Source: Candidatus Latescibacterota bacterium (GTDB taxonomy: Bacteria > Latescibacterota > UBA2968 > GCA-2709665). Taken from it: DNA of 64,000 nucleotides. The stretch spans positions 160,001-224,000 of the forward strand of contig CAXXJS010000010.1 of assembly GCA_963662665.2 (NCBI GenBank), written 5' to 3'. Positions 20,308 to 30,286 of this stretch are shown here, in pieces. A program made the position numbers and the translations under genes. The notes below the pieces were generated by a model. That model saw only the letters and a program-made list of their open reading frames with translations, was not told the DNA's origin and did not search any database. Every line of letters begins with the position of its first letter. Position 1 is the first letter of the stretch.

Positions 20308-20933
20308 CCTGCCGCTCCGGGTTGGAAACCACGCACGCCCGGGGTAGACGGCGTTGAACGGATGGGGTGTCCCGTAAGCGCAAGCAACTGTGCCACCAGG
20401 CGGTAGGAAATGCCCCAGAGGACACGCCGCCCGGGACCCGGCAGATCGATGGTGTTGAAGCGGCGGTCCTCTTTGTCAATGCGGAAATTGCGTTCACGAT
20501 GGCATCCGGTGTCGGCGAGTTCGCTCAACCGGACCCGGAAGGCATCCTTCACTTCGTCGTTTGGAAGAAGCCGGGCACAAGTTTTCACGTTGTAGACGAA
20601 ACCCGACACCAGGATGGGTAACGTGGCGCCGATGACGTCGTCCAGGCGGCCGAGGTACTCCGCGCACCGGAGATCCAGGCCGATTTCTTCCCGTGTCTCG
20701 CGCTCGGCAGCCATTCGCGAATTCCCGTCCCGGGGGTCGACCCTGCCGCCGGGAAACGCCACGTGACCCGACCACGGATCGTCATCACGCTGTGACCGCT
20801 CGATAAAAAGCAGTTGAACCCCTTCTTCCTGTTGATGCAGAACCAATGCAACCGCCGCGCGGGCCCTGTCTCCGGCGGCCAGACGCGGCTGATATCCATC
20901 CAGGACCCGGCGGATGTCTGCAATTGAGGTCAT
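20304..20933 (-). CDS. Nudix CoA pyrophosphatase (NudL-like)
   Basis: AAVAL, DPWSGHVAFPGGRVD...AAERETREEIG, LWGISY. Confidence 0.9.
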   Translation of the reverse strand: MTSIADIRRVLDGYQPRLAAGDRARAAVALVLHQQEEGVQLLFIERSQRDDDPWSGHVAFPGGRVDPRDGNSRMAAERETREEIGLDLRCAEYLGRLDDVIGATLPILVSGFVYNVKTCARLLPNDEVKDAFRVRLSELADTGCHRERNFRIDKEDRRFNTIDLPGPGRRVLWGISYRLVAQLLALTGHPIRSTPSTPGVRGFQPGAAG

Positions 20934-21028
20934 AAAGGCATGGACGGGGGGCAATTCCCGTGCCGGCGACGATTGGGCCGCATTCCTGGGAAATCCGCTT
21001 AAGCGAGATACTATCTATGGGTTAATTG

Positions 21029-21466
21029 TTAGGTTGCCGGCTTGTACTTCCGATATTGGTTGAAGAGGAGAAATCCGAGGCCGAGTCCTCCAATAATCAA
21101 AACCGGAATGCGGTATATGCTGACCACTTCGTACCTGAACACGGCGCCCGAGGCGCCCGCGGAAACGATCAGAAACGACAGAATGATTAGGGGTTTACAG
21201 ATCACGGATGGTACAAACGCCGCGGCTACGATAAACAGAAGCGCCGAGTGGAAAATGAAGAACCCGGCGTAGCCGTTTCGGACGGCCATGGCGAACTGCC
21301 AATCGTACCGGCAGGCCCAGACCAGATAGACGTGGGCGACGGCAATGAGCGCAGCCAGGGCGACGGCCGTGCGGCTGCAGGTACCCCGGGTGACGAGTAC
21401 CAGATTCACCAAAAGGCCGAAATAACCCAGAAAAGCCAGAAGAAACGTGAAGGTTTCGAGCGTCAA
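21029..21466 (-). CDS. hypothetical polytopic membrane protein
   Basis: About 5 hydrophobic segments; start uncertain (TTG at 21466 assumed). Confidence 0.7.
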   Translation of the reverse strand: MTLETFTFLLAFLGYFGLLVNLVLVTRGTCSRTAVALAALIAVAHVYLVWACRYDWQFAMAVRNGYAGFFIFHSALLFIVAAAFVPSVICKPLIILSFLIVSAGASGAVFRYEVVSIYRIPVLIIGGLGLGFLLFNQYRKYKPAT

Positions 21467-21902
21467 GACGAGGTCGCTATAGGCAACGTGAAGGCTTGCC
21501 GAGAATGCACGTACCGGTGGACGGCGTGCAGGAGAAGTGCGCAAAAACCGTGAATGGGACTCTGCCCGTGGAGGCATTCGGCCTACCTGTGGCAGAAGGC
21601 CGGGCGCCTTGCCCTGAGCCGACTATAGAGACGGGAAATAGAAACCTGAGGGAATGGGATAGAACCTGGACGCGCGCCGGCACTTGACCGGTGGCTGAAG
21701 AGCATTTCGAGGTGGATGTTTGTCCCGCAGCCGGCTTTTTTGGACCAGGTTCCGGCAGGAACGGTGCGGACATCAGGCTCTTCTGTGAACGCGGCCTAAG
21801 AGATTTCTGATTTCATCGAACTCAAGACGCGTTTATCCTGGATGGCGCCGCATCGAGCGGCATCAGCCGCCGTGGAACCGGTCACCCGGCTTTCCCGCCG
21901 TA

Positions 21903-23120
21903 CTATTCTTCTCCAGTATCCACCGGATTCTTGATCCGGTCGATCTTATCTTCGCAGTACTTCTTGAATTTGCGGTCTCGGAGTCCCTTCTGATAGTACC
22001 GTATCGCTTTTTCCTTCCAACCCTGCGGCCGCCAGGCGTCGTATACGTCGCCTATAATGACGTTCGCCGGAACCCCGAACCTGCGGTCCGAGACGGCTCT
22101 TCTGGCGAGGTTGAGGGCATTCTGGTATTGTTTGAGTTCGAAATAGGCGACCGACGCCCGGTACTGGGCTTCGCTGTCTCTGGAGTTCAGCGCGAGCGCC
22201 TGCTGGTACGCGGAGACCGCGCTTTTGTAGTTTTTCCCCAGTGCATGGGAGTGTCCCAGCGCCGTGTAGATCCTGACCTTGTCTCTCCTGGTGGGGGCCA
22301 CCGCAACGGCTTTTCTGAGCGTAGCAACCGCCTTCGAAAATTGTTTCGTTCGATTGTATACGACGGCCAGGCTGCGATAGGCGTTGATATTCTTTTTGTC
22401 TTTGCAATTCGGATCGCTATCGATCGCCCGGTTGTAACTCCGGATTGACCGGCTGTTTCTCTTTGTGATCCGATACAGGTCTCCCAGTTGTCGATGGGCC
22501 TTGGCGTATTTCGAGTTGAGCTCGACGGCCGTTGAAAACGCATTCTCCGCCTGTTTGTACTTTCGGGCTTGACTGGCGGCCAACCCCAGGTTGTAGTAGT
22601 TGGTGGCATCCGTCGGATCGAGTTGGGTTGCATTTTCGTACTCTTCGATCGCCTTCCTGTAGTTTTTGCGAAGCAGATAATCCCTGCCCTGCCTTGAATA
22701 GGCCGCTTTCAGGAGTTTCTTGGCGCCGCCGTCCTGAAAGTTGGCGTCCAGGTTCAGGGCCGCCTTGAACGACGCCTGTGCGTCCTTGTATTTTTTCAGG
22801 TTGTAATACATGTTGCCCAGTTCATAGTGGGCTTCTACGTAATCCGGTTTTACCGTTGTGGCCATCTTGAAATTGCCGATGGCCTTGTCATTATCTTTTA
22901 GCTTCTGGTAGGTCTTGGCGATGCCGCGATACGCCTGGGCGTTGTTACCGTCCAGTTTGACGGCCTCTTCGAACGCCTGAAGGGCTTGCTGATAGCGTCT
23001 TTTCTCGAAAAGGGCCTGACCGGCGTTGTACTTTTCCGCCGATTCGGGAGCCACTTGACCCCACGCGGGCTGGCAGAATAGGAGACACAAGAGCAGGGGT
23101 AAAAAATGTCGACAACGCAT
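21903..23120 (-). CDS. exported tetratricopeptide repeat protein
   Basis: Signal peptide plus many 34-aa TPR units (e.g. AHYELGNMY, NYYNLGLA). Confidence 0.9.
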   Translation of the reverse strand: MRCRHFLPLLLCLLFCQPAWGQVAPESAEKYNAGQALFEKRRYQQALQAFEEAVKLDGNNAQAYRGIAKTYQKLKDNDKAIGNFKMATTVKPDYVEAHYELGNMYYNLKKYKDAQASFKAALNLDANFQDGGAKKLLKAAYSRQGRDYLLRKNYRKAIEEYENATQLDPTDATNYYNLGLAASQARKYKQAENAFSTAVELNSKYAKAHRQLGDLYRITKRNSRSIRSYNRAIDSDPNCKDKKNINAYRSLAVVYNRTKQFSKAVATLRKAVAVAPTRRDKVRIYTALGHSHALGKNYKSAVSAYQQALALNSRDSEAQYRASVAYFELKQYQNALNLARRAVSDRRFGVPANVIIGDVYDAWRPQGWKEKAIRYYQKGLRDRKFKKYCEDKIDRIKNPVDTGEE

Positions 23121-23176
23121 ATCAGGTGATCCTCTCGATGATACGGGTTAACTGGAACGCGATTTACAAACTGGGA

Positions 23177-23204
23177 ATATTGCCAAATACAGGGATGATG
23201 TCAA
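23177..23204 (-). promoter_or_regulatory. possible internal promoter for the TPR gene
   Basis: TTGACA-16 nt-CAATAT, downstream of a hairpin at about 23220-23252. Confidence 0.4.
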
Positions 23205-23279
23205 CCGCTTTGGACATGCGGAAAGGCCACCACCGGTTGTGTGATGGCCTCCGCGGAGCCGTAACTGTCCGGCTCGGGT

Positions 23280-23951
23280 TTAATCGTGCAGCTTGAAGGC
23301 GATGCGCTGGGTCATCCAGACATTCACGGGTTTGTCGTTCTGTATGGCCGGCTTGAATACGAATTGTCTGACCGCGTCAATAGCCGACTGCCTGAAAATC
23401 TCCTGTCCCTTCAACACCTGAACCCTGTCCGTCCGCCCGTCTCTGCGCACCATGAACTTGACGAATACATTGCCCTCCAGCCCTGCTTTGCGCGCAATTT
23501 CAGGAAATTTGGGGTTGACCCCCTTGATCAGTTCCGGTTTTTCCTCAACGCTCCAGAACTCCATCACTTCTTCTTCCATCGGTGCGTCGGTCGCGCCCGG
23601 CGGAGGGGGCGGAAGGTCTACCGGCGCCTGATCCAGATCGAGATCGGTCGTTTCGATGGTCACATCGTCGGGAACGTCGTCGCTCTCGGTTTCAACCGGC
23701 ATTGCCGGCCTCGGCGGAGGGGGCGGACGCTGAATCTGGCGTGTCTCCGGAATCTCCTCCATCTGGATGATGATCTGGTCTTTCTTTCCCGCCGAGGCCC
23801 GTATATCGAACGTGGGGAAAAGAATTGCCATAAAAAGGTGCAAGGCGCAGGAGATGCCGACGGACGACCAGAAGACTTTGGGATAACGGCTTCTGAGGTC
23901 GTGCTCAGGGTACTTTCCGCGGACGATATCCTTCCCTTTGATATAGGCCAT
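23280..23951 (-). CDS. tonB: energy transducer TonB
   Basis: N-terminal TM, Pro-rich linker, TonB_C domain (PKFPEIARKAGLEGNVFVKFMV...FKPA). Confidence 0.92.
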   Translation of the reverse strand: MAYIKGKDIVRGKYPEHDLRSRYPKVFWSSVGISCALHLFMAILFPTFDIRASAGKKDQIIIQMEEIPETRQIQRPPPPPRPAMPVETESDDVPDDVTIETTDLDLDQAPVDLPPPPPGATDAPMEEEVMEFWSVEEKPELIKGVNPKFPEIARKAGLEGNVFVKFMVRRDGRTDRVQVLKGQEIFRQSAIDAVRQFVFKPAIQNDKPVNVWMTQRIAFKLHD

Positions 23952-23956
23952 ATGCG

Positions 23957-24367
23957 TTACCTCTCTCGATCGGTGGCAAAGTTGACGCGGAGGGCGTCGG
24001 CTTTGCGAAGTTCCTCGATCACTTCGGATACCAGCCCGTAGGGCGCCCGCGTATCGCACTTCAGAGAAACGATCAGGCGCGGGTTCTGTACCCGACGTTC
24101 GTAGAAGATTGGCGCAACCTGGTTGACCTGGGCGATTTTATCGTCTATGTAGACCTTCCTGTCTGCTGAAATCCAGACATAGGAAATGTGGCGCCGGGTC
24201 TTGATTTCCTCGACTTTTTCAGCCCTGGGCAGCACGATGCCGGTGACCCGATAGCGGACGAAAACCGTCGTAACCATGAAAAAGATCAGGAGGAGAAAGG
24301 CGATATCCGCCATCGAACCGGTCGGAATGGACGTATGTACCCCTGACTTTTTTGTAAAATCTGCCAT
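23957..24367 (-). CDS. exbD: biopolymer transporter ExbD
   Basis: IPTGSMADIAFLLLIFFMVTT. Confidence 0.92.
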   Translation of the reverse strand: MADFTKKSGVHTSIPTGSMADIAFLLLIFFMVTTVFVRYRVTGIVLPRAEKVEEIKTRRHISYVWISADRKVYIDDKIAQVNQVAPIFYERRVQNPRLIVSLKCDTRAPYGLVSEVIEELRKADALRVNFATDRER

Positions 24368-24395
24368 GCTGAGGGTCTCCTGTTGCCGGACGGGC

Positions 24396-24812
24396 CTACT
24401 TTTCCGGGGATGCTAGAGAGATCCGCGTTGCACCCGATAGCTTGATCTCATCCAGAACGTCTATGAATGCGTTGTAGGGCGTCTCCTCGTCCGCCTTGAG
24501 AGAAACGATCAGCTTGTCGTTTTCGCTCAGACGCCGCTCGATGTCGGCGCGGAGTTGCGCCAGTGGAATTTCCTGTTCCAGATTGATAAGAATATCACCG
24601 GCGGCATTCACCCAGATGTTGCAGATATTCTTCTTCTGGATCTTTTTGTTCTCTCCGGCGGGCGGAAGCTGCATACCAATGCCCTTGTCCTGATTCATTG
24701 TGGTGGTCACCAGGAAAAAGACAATCAGCAGAAAGGCGATATCCGCCATGGACGAAGTCGGGATTTCGGGGTTGGATTTGTTCCGCCTCCCCAACGCTGG
24801 CTTGTTGGCCAT
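24396..24812 (-). CDS. exbD: biopolymer transporter ExbD
   Basis: IPTSSMADIAFLLIVFFLVTT, LKADEETPY. Confidence 0.92.
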   Translation of the reverse strand: MANKPALGRRNKSNPEIPTSSMADIAFLLIVFFLVTTTMNQDKGIGMQLPPAGENKKIQKKNICNIWVNAAGDILINLEQEIPLAQLRADIERRLSENDKLIVSLKADEETPYNAFIDVLDEIKLSGATRISLASPEK

Positions 24813-24815
24813 GGC

Positions 24816-25442
24816 TTATTCTCCCGCAGGCGTATCGTAGCCGGCCTGAATCAGTTCATCTACGAATTGAGAGGAACTTTCCTGCATATCGATGATGATC
24901 TTGTCTATTTTGGAAACGAAAAGGTTGTGAAATGCCTGAATTGGAATGGCGATCACCAGGCCGGAGGCCGTGGTAATAAGCGCTTCGGAAATACCCGCAG
25001 CGACAATACTCGGCTCGACGTCGCCGGCTTTGGCAATGGCGTCGAAGGCGCTGATCATACCGCTCACGGTCCCCAGGAATCCGAGCAGCGGCGCAATATT
25101 GGCCACCGTGGATAACCAGACCATGCCTTTTTCAAGGAACGCCATTTCGATGGCGCCGGATTCTTCGATGGCCTTTTCCACGTGTTCGATCCCTCGATCC
25201 AGACGGAGAAGGCCGGCATGGAGAACCGAGGCGACCGGGCCGCGGTGGCTTGCGCAGACTTCCGCGACGCCCTCCGGCCCTCGCTGCTTCAGTGCCTCCT
25301 GAACCGCAGTGAAAAACTCCCTGGTGTCGATTGACGACCGCCACAGCGACCAGAAACGTTCGATACTAACCGCAATTCCGAAAAGCAACATCAGCAGGAG
25401 CGGGTGCATAAAGGGCCCGCCGTTTACATAGAGTTCAACCAT
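24816..25442 (-). CDS. exbB: MotA/TolQ/ExbB proton channel protein
   Basis: GGPFMHPL, APLLGFLGTVSGMI, GISEALITTASGL. Confidence 0.93.
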   Translation of the reverse strand: MVELYVNGGPFMHPLLLMLLFGIAVSIERFWSLWRSSIDTREFFTAVQEALKQRGPEGVAEVCASHRGPVASVLHAGLLRLDRGIEHVEKAIEESGAIEMAFLEKGMVWLSTVANIAPLLGFLGTVSGMISAFDAIAKAGDVEPSIVAAGISEALITTASGLVIAIPIQAFHNLFVSKIDKIIIDMQESSSQFVDELIQAGYDTPAGE

Positions 25443-25630
25443 GCTTCAATCCCCCAGATAATGTTGTGAACATTCGCTGCGGTGGAATATTGCGCGCAAG
25501 AAGCGCAGGCCGCCGACAATCGTCCACGGTTCAATTATGGGTCCCGGACGGTCCGCAAGCCTCGGAATTCGGGATGGTGTCGCGACGGAAGAACGGAGAA
25601 TCCGTCGCGTTGCCAAAGGCCGGGTATGCC

Positions 25631-26836
25631 TTATTTTTTGCCTTCGATATCTACCTCCTCCTCTTTCTTCTTTTTATTAAAGAATTCCTTTCTCTTTTTC
25701 TCCTCCTCGGACACGGGAGGGTTAATTTCATCGATCATCCGCCTGGCGTTTCCGGCCCAGAGAGGATCCTTCCCGGCTCTCTTGAACCATTTCAGCGCGT
25801 TGACGGAATCCCGGGCGGCATTGGTTTTCTTCCATTTTTTGTAGTGGAACTCTCCTCGCATGTAGTTGAATTTCCCGTTTCCCGGATCCAATCTGAGCCC
25901 TCTGTCGACCAGATTGATATCTCCGGTCAGATCGGCGAGTTGCTCCACAACGCTGAGGTTATCGGGCTGAAGCCTGATCAATTTTCTCAAGATGCCGATT
26001 TGAAACCGTCCGGATTTGTTCAGCTGTTTCCCGAGCGTAAGCAACTGGTCCAGAAAGAGAAATTCCTCCGGGTTGTGGGCGTGGAGTTTCTGATATGCCT
26101 CGAACGCCTTCTGTTCCATTCCCATGCGGAGGTACAACTTGGCGAGATTGTCCAGCGTGCCGTAATCTTCGGGGTTTATTTCCAGAAGCCGCTCCATCTC
26201 CTTGAGGGCTTCGTCTTCGTCTCCCATAAACAAGGTGAGCTTTGCGATCGCATCCTGGACGTCGGGATTGTCCGGTTCCAGTTCGGACCAGCGGCGCGTA
26301 TGCTTCAACGCCGAATCGTAGTCTTCCATTTCGATGTAGAGCGCAACCAACTGATGTAAATACTGGATCTTCTGTTCCGGTTTCTTGGCAATGGCGAGCA
26401 GCTTTTCGTATACCTCTATCGCCTCTTCCCACATTTCTTCCAATAGGTAAAGCTGGCCGAGGTAATATAGCGAATTTCGCGCATTGGGACCTGCCGGATT
26501 CAGTCCGATTGCTCTATTGAACCATTCAATGGCGTCGTCCGGTTTTTCGGTTTCATTGTACAACTTACCCAGATAGTAGGCGGTTTGGGCATTCCGGGGA
26601 TTGAAGTCCCAGGATTTCGTTAATTGCACGTGGGCGTCTTCGTATTGTTTGTTATCCAGATATCGCTTGCCGAAGTATACGTGTTTCCTTGACATCGCCC
26701 CCGAGTCTACGGGCGCCTCGCGTGGCTTGTGCTTGTCCTTTTTCGATTTTCTTCTGGCCTGGACCGGTGAAAGCAGGCCAAGGACAAGGAAGCCGCACAG
26801 AAAAAAGATGGCGACGTCCGAAAGCCTTAATTTCAT
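25631..26836 (-). CDS. exported tetratricopeptide repeat protein
   Basis: Signal peptide MKLRLSDVAIFF...VQA, then TPR repeats. Confidence 0.88.
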   Translation of the reverse strand: MKLRLSDVAIFFLCGFLVLGLLSPVQARRKSKKDKHKPREAPVDSGAMSRKHVYFGKRYLDNKQYEDAHVQLTKSWDFNPRNAQTAYYLGKLYNETEKPDDAIEWFNRAIGLNPAGPNARNSLYYLGQLYLLEEMWEEAIEVYEKLLAIAKKPEQKIQYLHQLVALYIEMEDYDSALKHTRRWSELEPDNPDVQDAIAKLTLFMGDEDEALKEMERLLEINPEDYGTLDNLAKLYLRMGMEQKAFEAYQKLHAHNPEEFLFLDQLLTLGKQLNKSGRFQIGILRKLIRLQPDNLSVVEQLADLTGDINLVDRGLRLDPGNGKFNYMRGEFHYKKWKKTNAARDSVNALKWFKRAGKDPLWAGNARRMIDEINPPVSEEEKKRKEFFNKKKKEEEVDIEGKK

Positions 26837-26936
26837 GACAACCACTCCTCGGCGAGACAACCCCGCCGCACCGCCGATTCCACGTAAATCGCTGGTATCA
26901 AGACGCATAGACGTTTGAGCCTCTTAGAAACATAGA

Positions 26937-26965
26937 AATCTAACGAATAGGAAATTGGATGTCAA
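26937..26965 (-). promoter_or_regulatory. sigma70 promoter of the TPR/Exb/TonB operon
   Basis: TTGACA-17 nt-TAGATT on the minus strand. Confidence 0.7.
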
Positions 26966-27094
26966 GGCAAAATCCATACCTATCTATTACGAATCCTTTA
27001 CGAATTTGGGACGAGTTGCGGCAGACGGGTTGAATCCGGCCGGTACGACGGATGTGCCGAATGCTCCTTCAAGGAAATGCTCTGCTGATGCCGG

Positions 27095-27123
27095 TTGACA
27101 CAACCCGGCAGATCCGGTATATT
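27095..27123 (+). promoter_or_regulatory. sigma70 promoter upstream of candidate ncRNA copy 1
   Basis: TTGACA-17 nt-TATATT. Confidence 0.75.
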
Positions 27124-27140
27124 GGAACACTTTAACCTTA

Positions 27141-27320
27141 AGATTCGCCATTTTTCGGGGACGTTAAATCGAACATATGCAAGTTAACAAAGGCGATTTG
27201 ACCTGGGATTTCCAGGTTGCCTATGGTCACTGGACGTGAACGGAAAAAATGTCCATTTAAACGACCTTTTCGGCCCGTTTCGGAAGGATTTGTCGCGGTG
27301 CCGCGTTGCTGTTTTGTCGA
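27141..27320 (+). ncRNA. candidate structured RNA (6S-like rod), copy 1
   Basis: 135/180 identical without gaps to 61641-61820; four coaxial stems centred at about 27244; own promoter. Confidence 0.5.
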
Positions 27321-27488
27321 ATGCAGGTTAATCCGGGAACAGGATGTACGACCATAGGAACCGCACCCGGGAGATGCGCATGCGCAATAGAATCTGGGCG
27401 CCCGGACTTGCCGTAAATGGCCGGTCTTCTCCGCCCTTGCTCACCTGCGCGCGGAGGAGGCGCCCGGCCATGTAACGGGAAACTATGC

Positions 27489-27518
27489 AAACCCCTTGAC
27501 ACGTGTGTCAAGGGGTTT
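27489..27518. promoter_or_regulatory. perfect 14-bp inverted repeat upstream of guaB (operator or hairpin)
   Basis: AAACCCCTTGACAC-gt-GTGTCAAGGGGTTT. Confidence 0.6.
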
Positions 27519-27586
27519 CTTGTATCCGGATGCGCCGTGGCGGCAAAGTGTGAATGCGAAGCATTACTTTAACCAGGGAGACATTT

Positions 27587-29059
27587 ATGGACAGATCCTC
27601 GGAAAAAATCGGCAAAGAAGGACTGACTTACGACGATGTGTTGTTGATTCCGGGAAAATCCGAAGTATTGCCCAACCAGGTGGATCTGACCACGCAACTC
27701 ACCCGCAGGATCAGGCTGAATATCCCCCTGGTGAGCGCCGCCATGGATACGGTTACCGAAGCCCGGCTGGCCATTGCGCTTGCCCAGGAGGGCGGTATTG
27801 GAATTGTCCACAGGAATCTGTCCATCGAAGAACAGGCCGAAGAAGTGGCCAAGGTGAAGCGCTCGGAAAGCGGGATGATCGTCGATCCGTTGACGCTTTC
27901 ACCGGACAATTATATTCGAGAAGCGCTTGAGATGATGTCCAAGTATCGAATTTCCGGTGTGCCGATCGTAGATGGCGTCAATCGGCTGGTGGGCATCCTG
28001 ACGAACCGTGACCTCAGGTTCGAGAAAGACGTCCATCGGAAGGTGTCCGAGGTGATGACGCACAAGGGGCTGGTGACGGCGCGGTTGGGGATCTCACTGG
28101 AGGAAGCACAGGAGATTCTCCAGGAACATCGAATCGAGAAGCTGCCCGTTCTCGATGATAACGGTGTGTTAAAGGGCTTGATCACTGTAAAGGATATAGA
28201 GAAAAAAATCCAGTACCCGCACGCCTGCAAAGACAAACTCGGTAGGCTTCGCGTGGGCGCCGCGGTGGGGGTGGGGAACGATCTGGAAACCCGCGTCGGA
28301 ACACTGGTTGACAGGGACGTGGATGTCATTGTCGTGGATACGGCGCACGGACATTCCAGGGGCGTCCTCGAAGCCGTCGAACGCATCAAGAATGCCGTTC
28401 CCGGAACCGAAGTGATTTCCGGGAACATCGTAACCGCCGAAGCGGCCCGGGACCTGATTCTGGCTGGAACCGATGCCGTGAAGGTGGGTATGGGGCCTTC
28501 GGCAAGTTGCACCACCCGGGTGATCGCCGGAGCCGGAGTACCCCAGGTATCGGCCATTATGGACTGCGCTGAAGTTGCGGAGGAGGCCGGCGTCCCGGTG
28601 ATCGCGGACGGCGGAATCACGCAGTCGGGCGATATCACCAAAGCCGTCGCGGCCGGCGCCAATTCCGTGATGATCGGATTCCTGTTCGCCGGGACGGACG
28701 AGAGTCCCGGCGAGACGGTTATCTACCAGGGACGTACGTTCAAGGTCTATCGGGGTATGGGTTCGCTGGGGGCCATGCAGCGTGGAAGCAGGGACAGATA
28801 TTTCCAGGGAGACGTTGAAACCAACAAGCTGGTGCCCGAGGGAATTGAAGGCCAGGTCCCGTACAAAGGGTCGATTTCAGGGTTCATCTATCAGCTCATT
28901 GGCGGGCTGAGAGCAGGCATGGGTTATTGCGGCGCGAGAACCATTACGGAACTCCGCAGAAACGGCCGATTCGTGAGAGTGTCGTCTGCCGGCGTTCGTG
29001 AGAGCCACGCGCACGACGTGTCGGTTACGAAAGAAGCGCCAAACTACCGGCTGGAGTAA
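27587..29059 (+). CDS. guaB: IMP dehydrogenase with CBS domains
   Basis: [50 protein letters not shown]. Confidence 0.97.
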   Translation: MDRSSEKIGKEGLTYDDVLLIPGKSEVLPNQVDLTTQLTRRIRLNIPLVSAAMDTVTEARLAIALAQEGGIGIVHRNLSIEEQAEEVAKVKRSESGMIVDPLTLSPDNYIREALEMMSKYRISGVPIVDGVNRLVGILTNRDLRFEKDVHRKVSEVMTHKGLVTARLGISLEEAQEILQEHRIEKLPVLDDNGVLKGLITVKDIEKKIQYPHACKDKLGRLRVGAAVGVGNDLETRVGTLVDRDVDVIVVDTAHGHSRGVLEAVERIKNAVPGTEVISGNIVTAEAARDLILAGTDAVKVGMGPSASCTTRVIAGAGVPQVSAIMDCAEVAEEAGVPVIADGGITQSGDITKAVAAGANSVMIGFLFAGTDESPGETVIYQGRTFKVYRGMGSLGAMQRGSRDRYFQGDVETNKLVPEGIEGQVPYKGSISGFIYQLIGGLRAGMGYCGARTITELRRNGRFVRVSSAGVRESHAHDVSVTKEAPNYRLE

Positions 29060-29144
29060 AACAGCGGCGGCGGAACGGCACACGGCAGATGGTACGTTAC
29101 ATCTGCCGTTTCATTTGGATATCCCTGGTACCCGGGAGGCGAGC

Positions 29145-30272
29145 GTGCATATCGACATCGAGGAAATTCGGGCCGGGTTCCCGGTAACGCGGAATTGGAT
29201 TTACATGAATCACGCTGGTATCGCACCCATCTCACAGTCCGTCTACCGGGCAATGGACGGCATGCTCCGGGACCTGACCCGCAACGGCATGGCAAACCTG
29301 CCCGAATGGGACGAGGTATGTTTGCAGACGCGGGAATCGGCCGCACGCCTGATCGGCGCAAACGCGGCGGAGATTGCCTTCGTCAAGAATACATCCGAAG
29401 GTATCCTGATGGTGGCCAACGGATTGGCGTGGCGGAAGGGCGACAACGTCGTAATCCCCGACAGGGGATTTCCAGCCAACGTCTACCCGTGGCTGAACCT
29501 GAGTTCGGAAGGCGTAGAGGTCCGGCGAGTTCCCGAGACAGACGGCCGGATTCCGCTGGAATGCCTGTTGAACGCCGTCGACGAACGGACGCGTGTGCTC
29601 TCCGTAAGTTCGGTGGAATTCGCAAGCGGATTCCGGCACAACCTGCGGGAAATCGGGAGATTTTGCCGAGCGCGGGGCGTTCTATTCTTTGTGGATGTTA
29701 TTCAAAGCCTGGGGGTGCTGCCCCTGGACGTGGCGGAAGCCGAGATCGATTTTCTTTCGGCCGACGCTCACAAATGGCTCCTGGGTCCAGAGGGGATCGG
29801 CGTCTTCTATTGCTCCCACCGCGCCCGGCCACACCTCCGCGTGGTGAACCTGGGCTGGGCGAACGTGGTGGAACCGAGGGATTTTCTGTCCTACGATACC
29901 ACGCTGTTGCCGGATGCGCAGCGGTTTGAATGCGGCACGTTGAATACGGTTGGCATCCATGGGCTGAAGGCCAGCCTTGAACTCCTTCGTTGCGTAGGGA
30001 TCGAGCGGATCGAAGGGATTGTGCTGTCTTTGACCGATCGACTCTGTGCCGGGCTGAACGAAAAAGGCTATCGGGTGGTCAGTTCGAGAGCCCCCGGCGA
30101 AGGGTCGGGCATCGTCGTCTTTCACCATTCCCGAATCGACACGGAGGCGATTTATCGGAAGCTGTGTGACGCACGGGTCGTCTGCGCGATTCGGGGGGGA
30201 CGTATCCGGCTGTCGCCGCATTTCTACAATACCGAAGAGGAAGTCGATCGCGTGCTGGGAATCATCCCTTAA
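29145..30272 (+). CDS. class V PLP aminotransferase (cysteine desulfurase-like)
   Basis: YMNHAGIAP, KNTSEG, VDVIQSLG, DAHKWLLGPEG, RLSPHFYNT; GTG after GGAGG. Confidence 0.9.
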   Translation: MHIDIEEIRAGFPVTRNWIYMNHAGIAPISQSVYRAMDGMLRDLTRNGMANLPEWDEVCLQTRESAARLIGANAAEIAFVKNTSEGILMVANGLAWRKGDNVVIPDRGFPANVYPWLNLSSEGVEVRRVPETDGRIPLECLLNAVDERTRVLSVSSVEFASGFRHNLREIGRFCRARGVLFFVDVIQSLGVLPLDVAEAEIDFLSADAHKWLLGPEGIGVFYCSHRARPHLRVVNLGWANVVEPRDFLSYDTTLLPDAQRFECGTLNTVGIHGLKASLELLRCVGIERIEGIVLSLTDRLCAGLNEKGYRVVSSRAPGEGSGIVVFHHSRIDTEAIYRKLCDARVVCAIRGGRIRLSPHFYNTEEEVDRVLGIIP

Positions 30273-30286
30273 TGTCAACGGCGAAA

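Noticed and set aside
27237-27280. TGA within a hairpin in the mini-ORF as a Sec codon
   Set aside because: No Cys-homolog context, and read-through frames differ between copies (a stop follows after 6 codons in copy 1).
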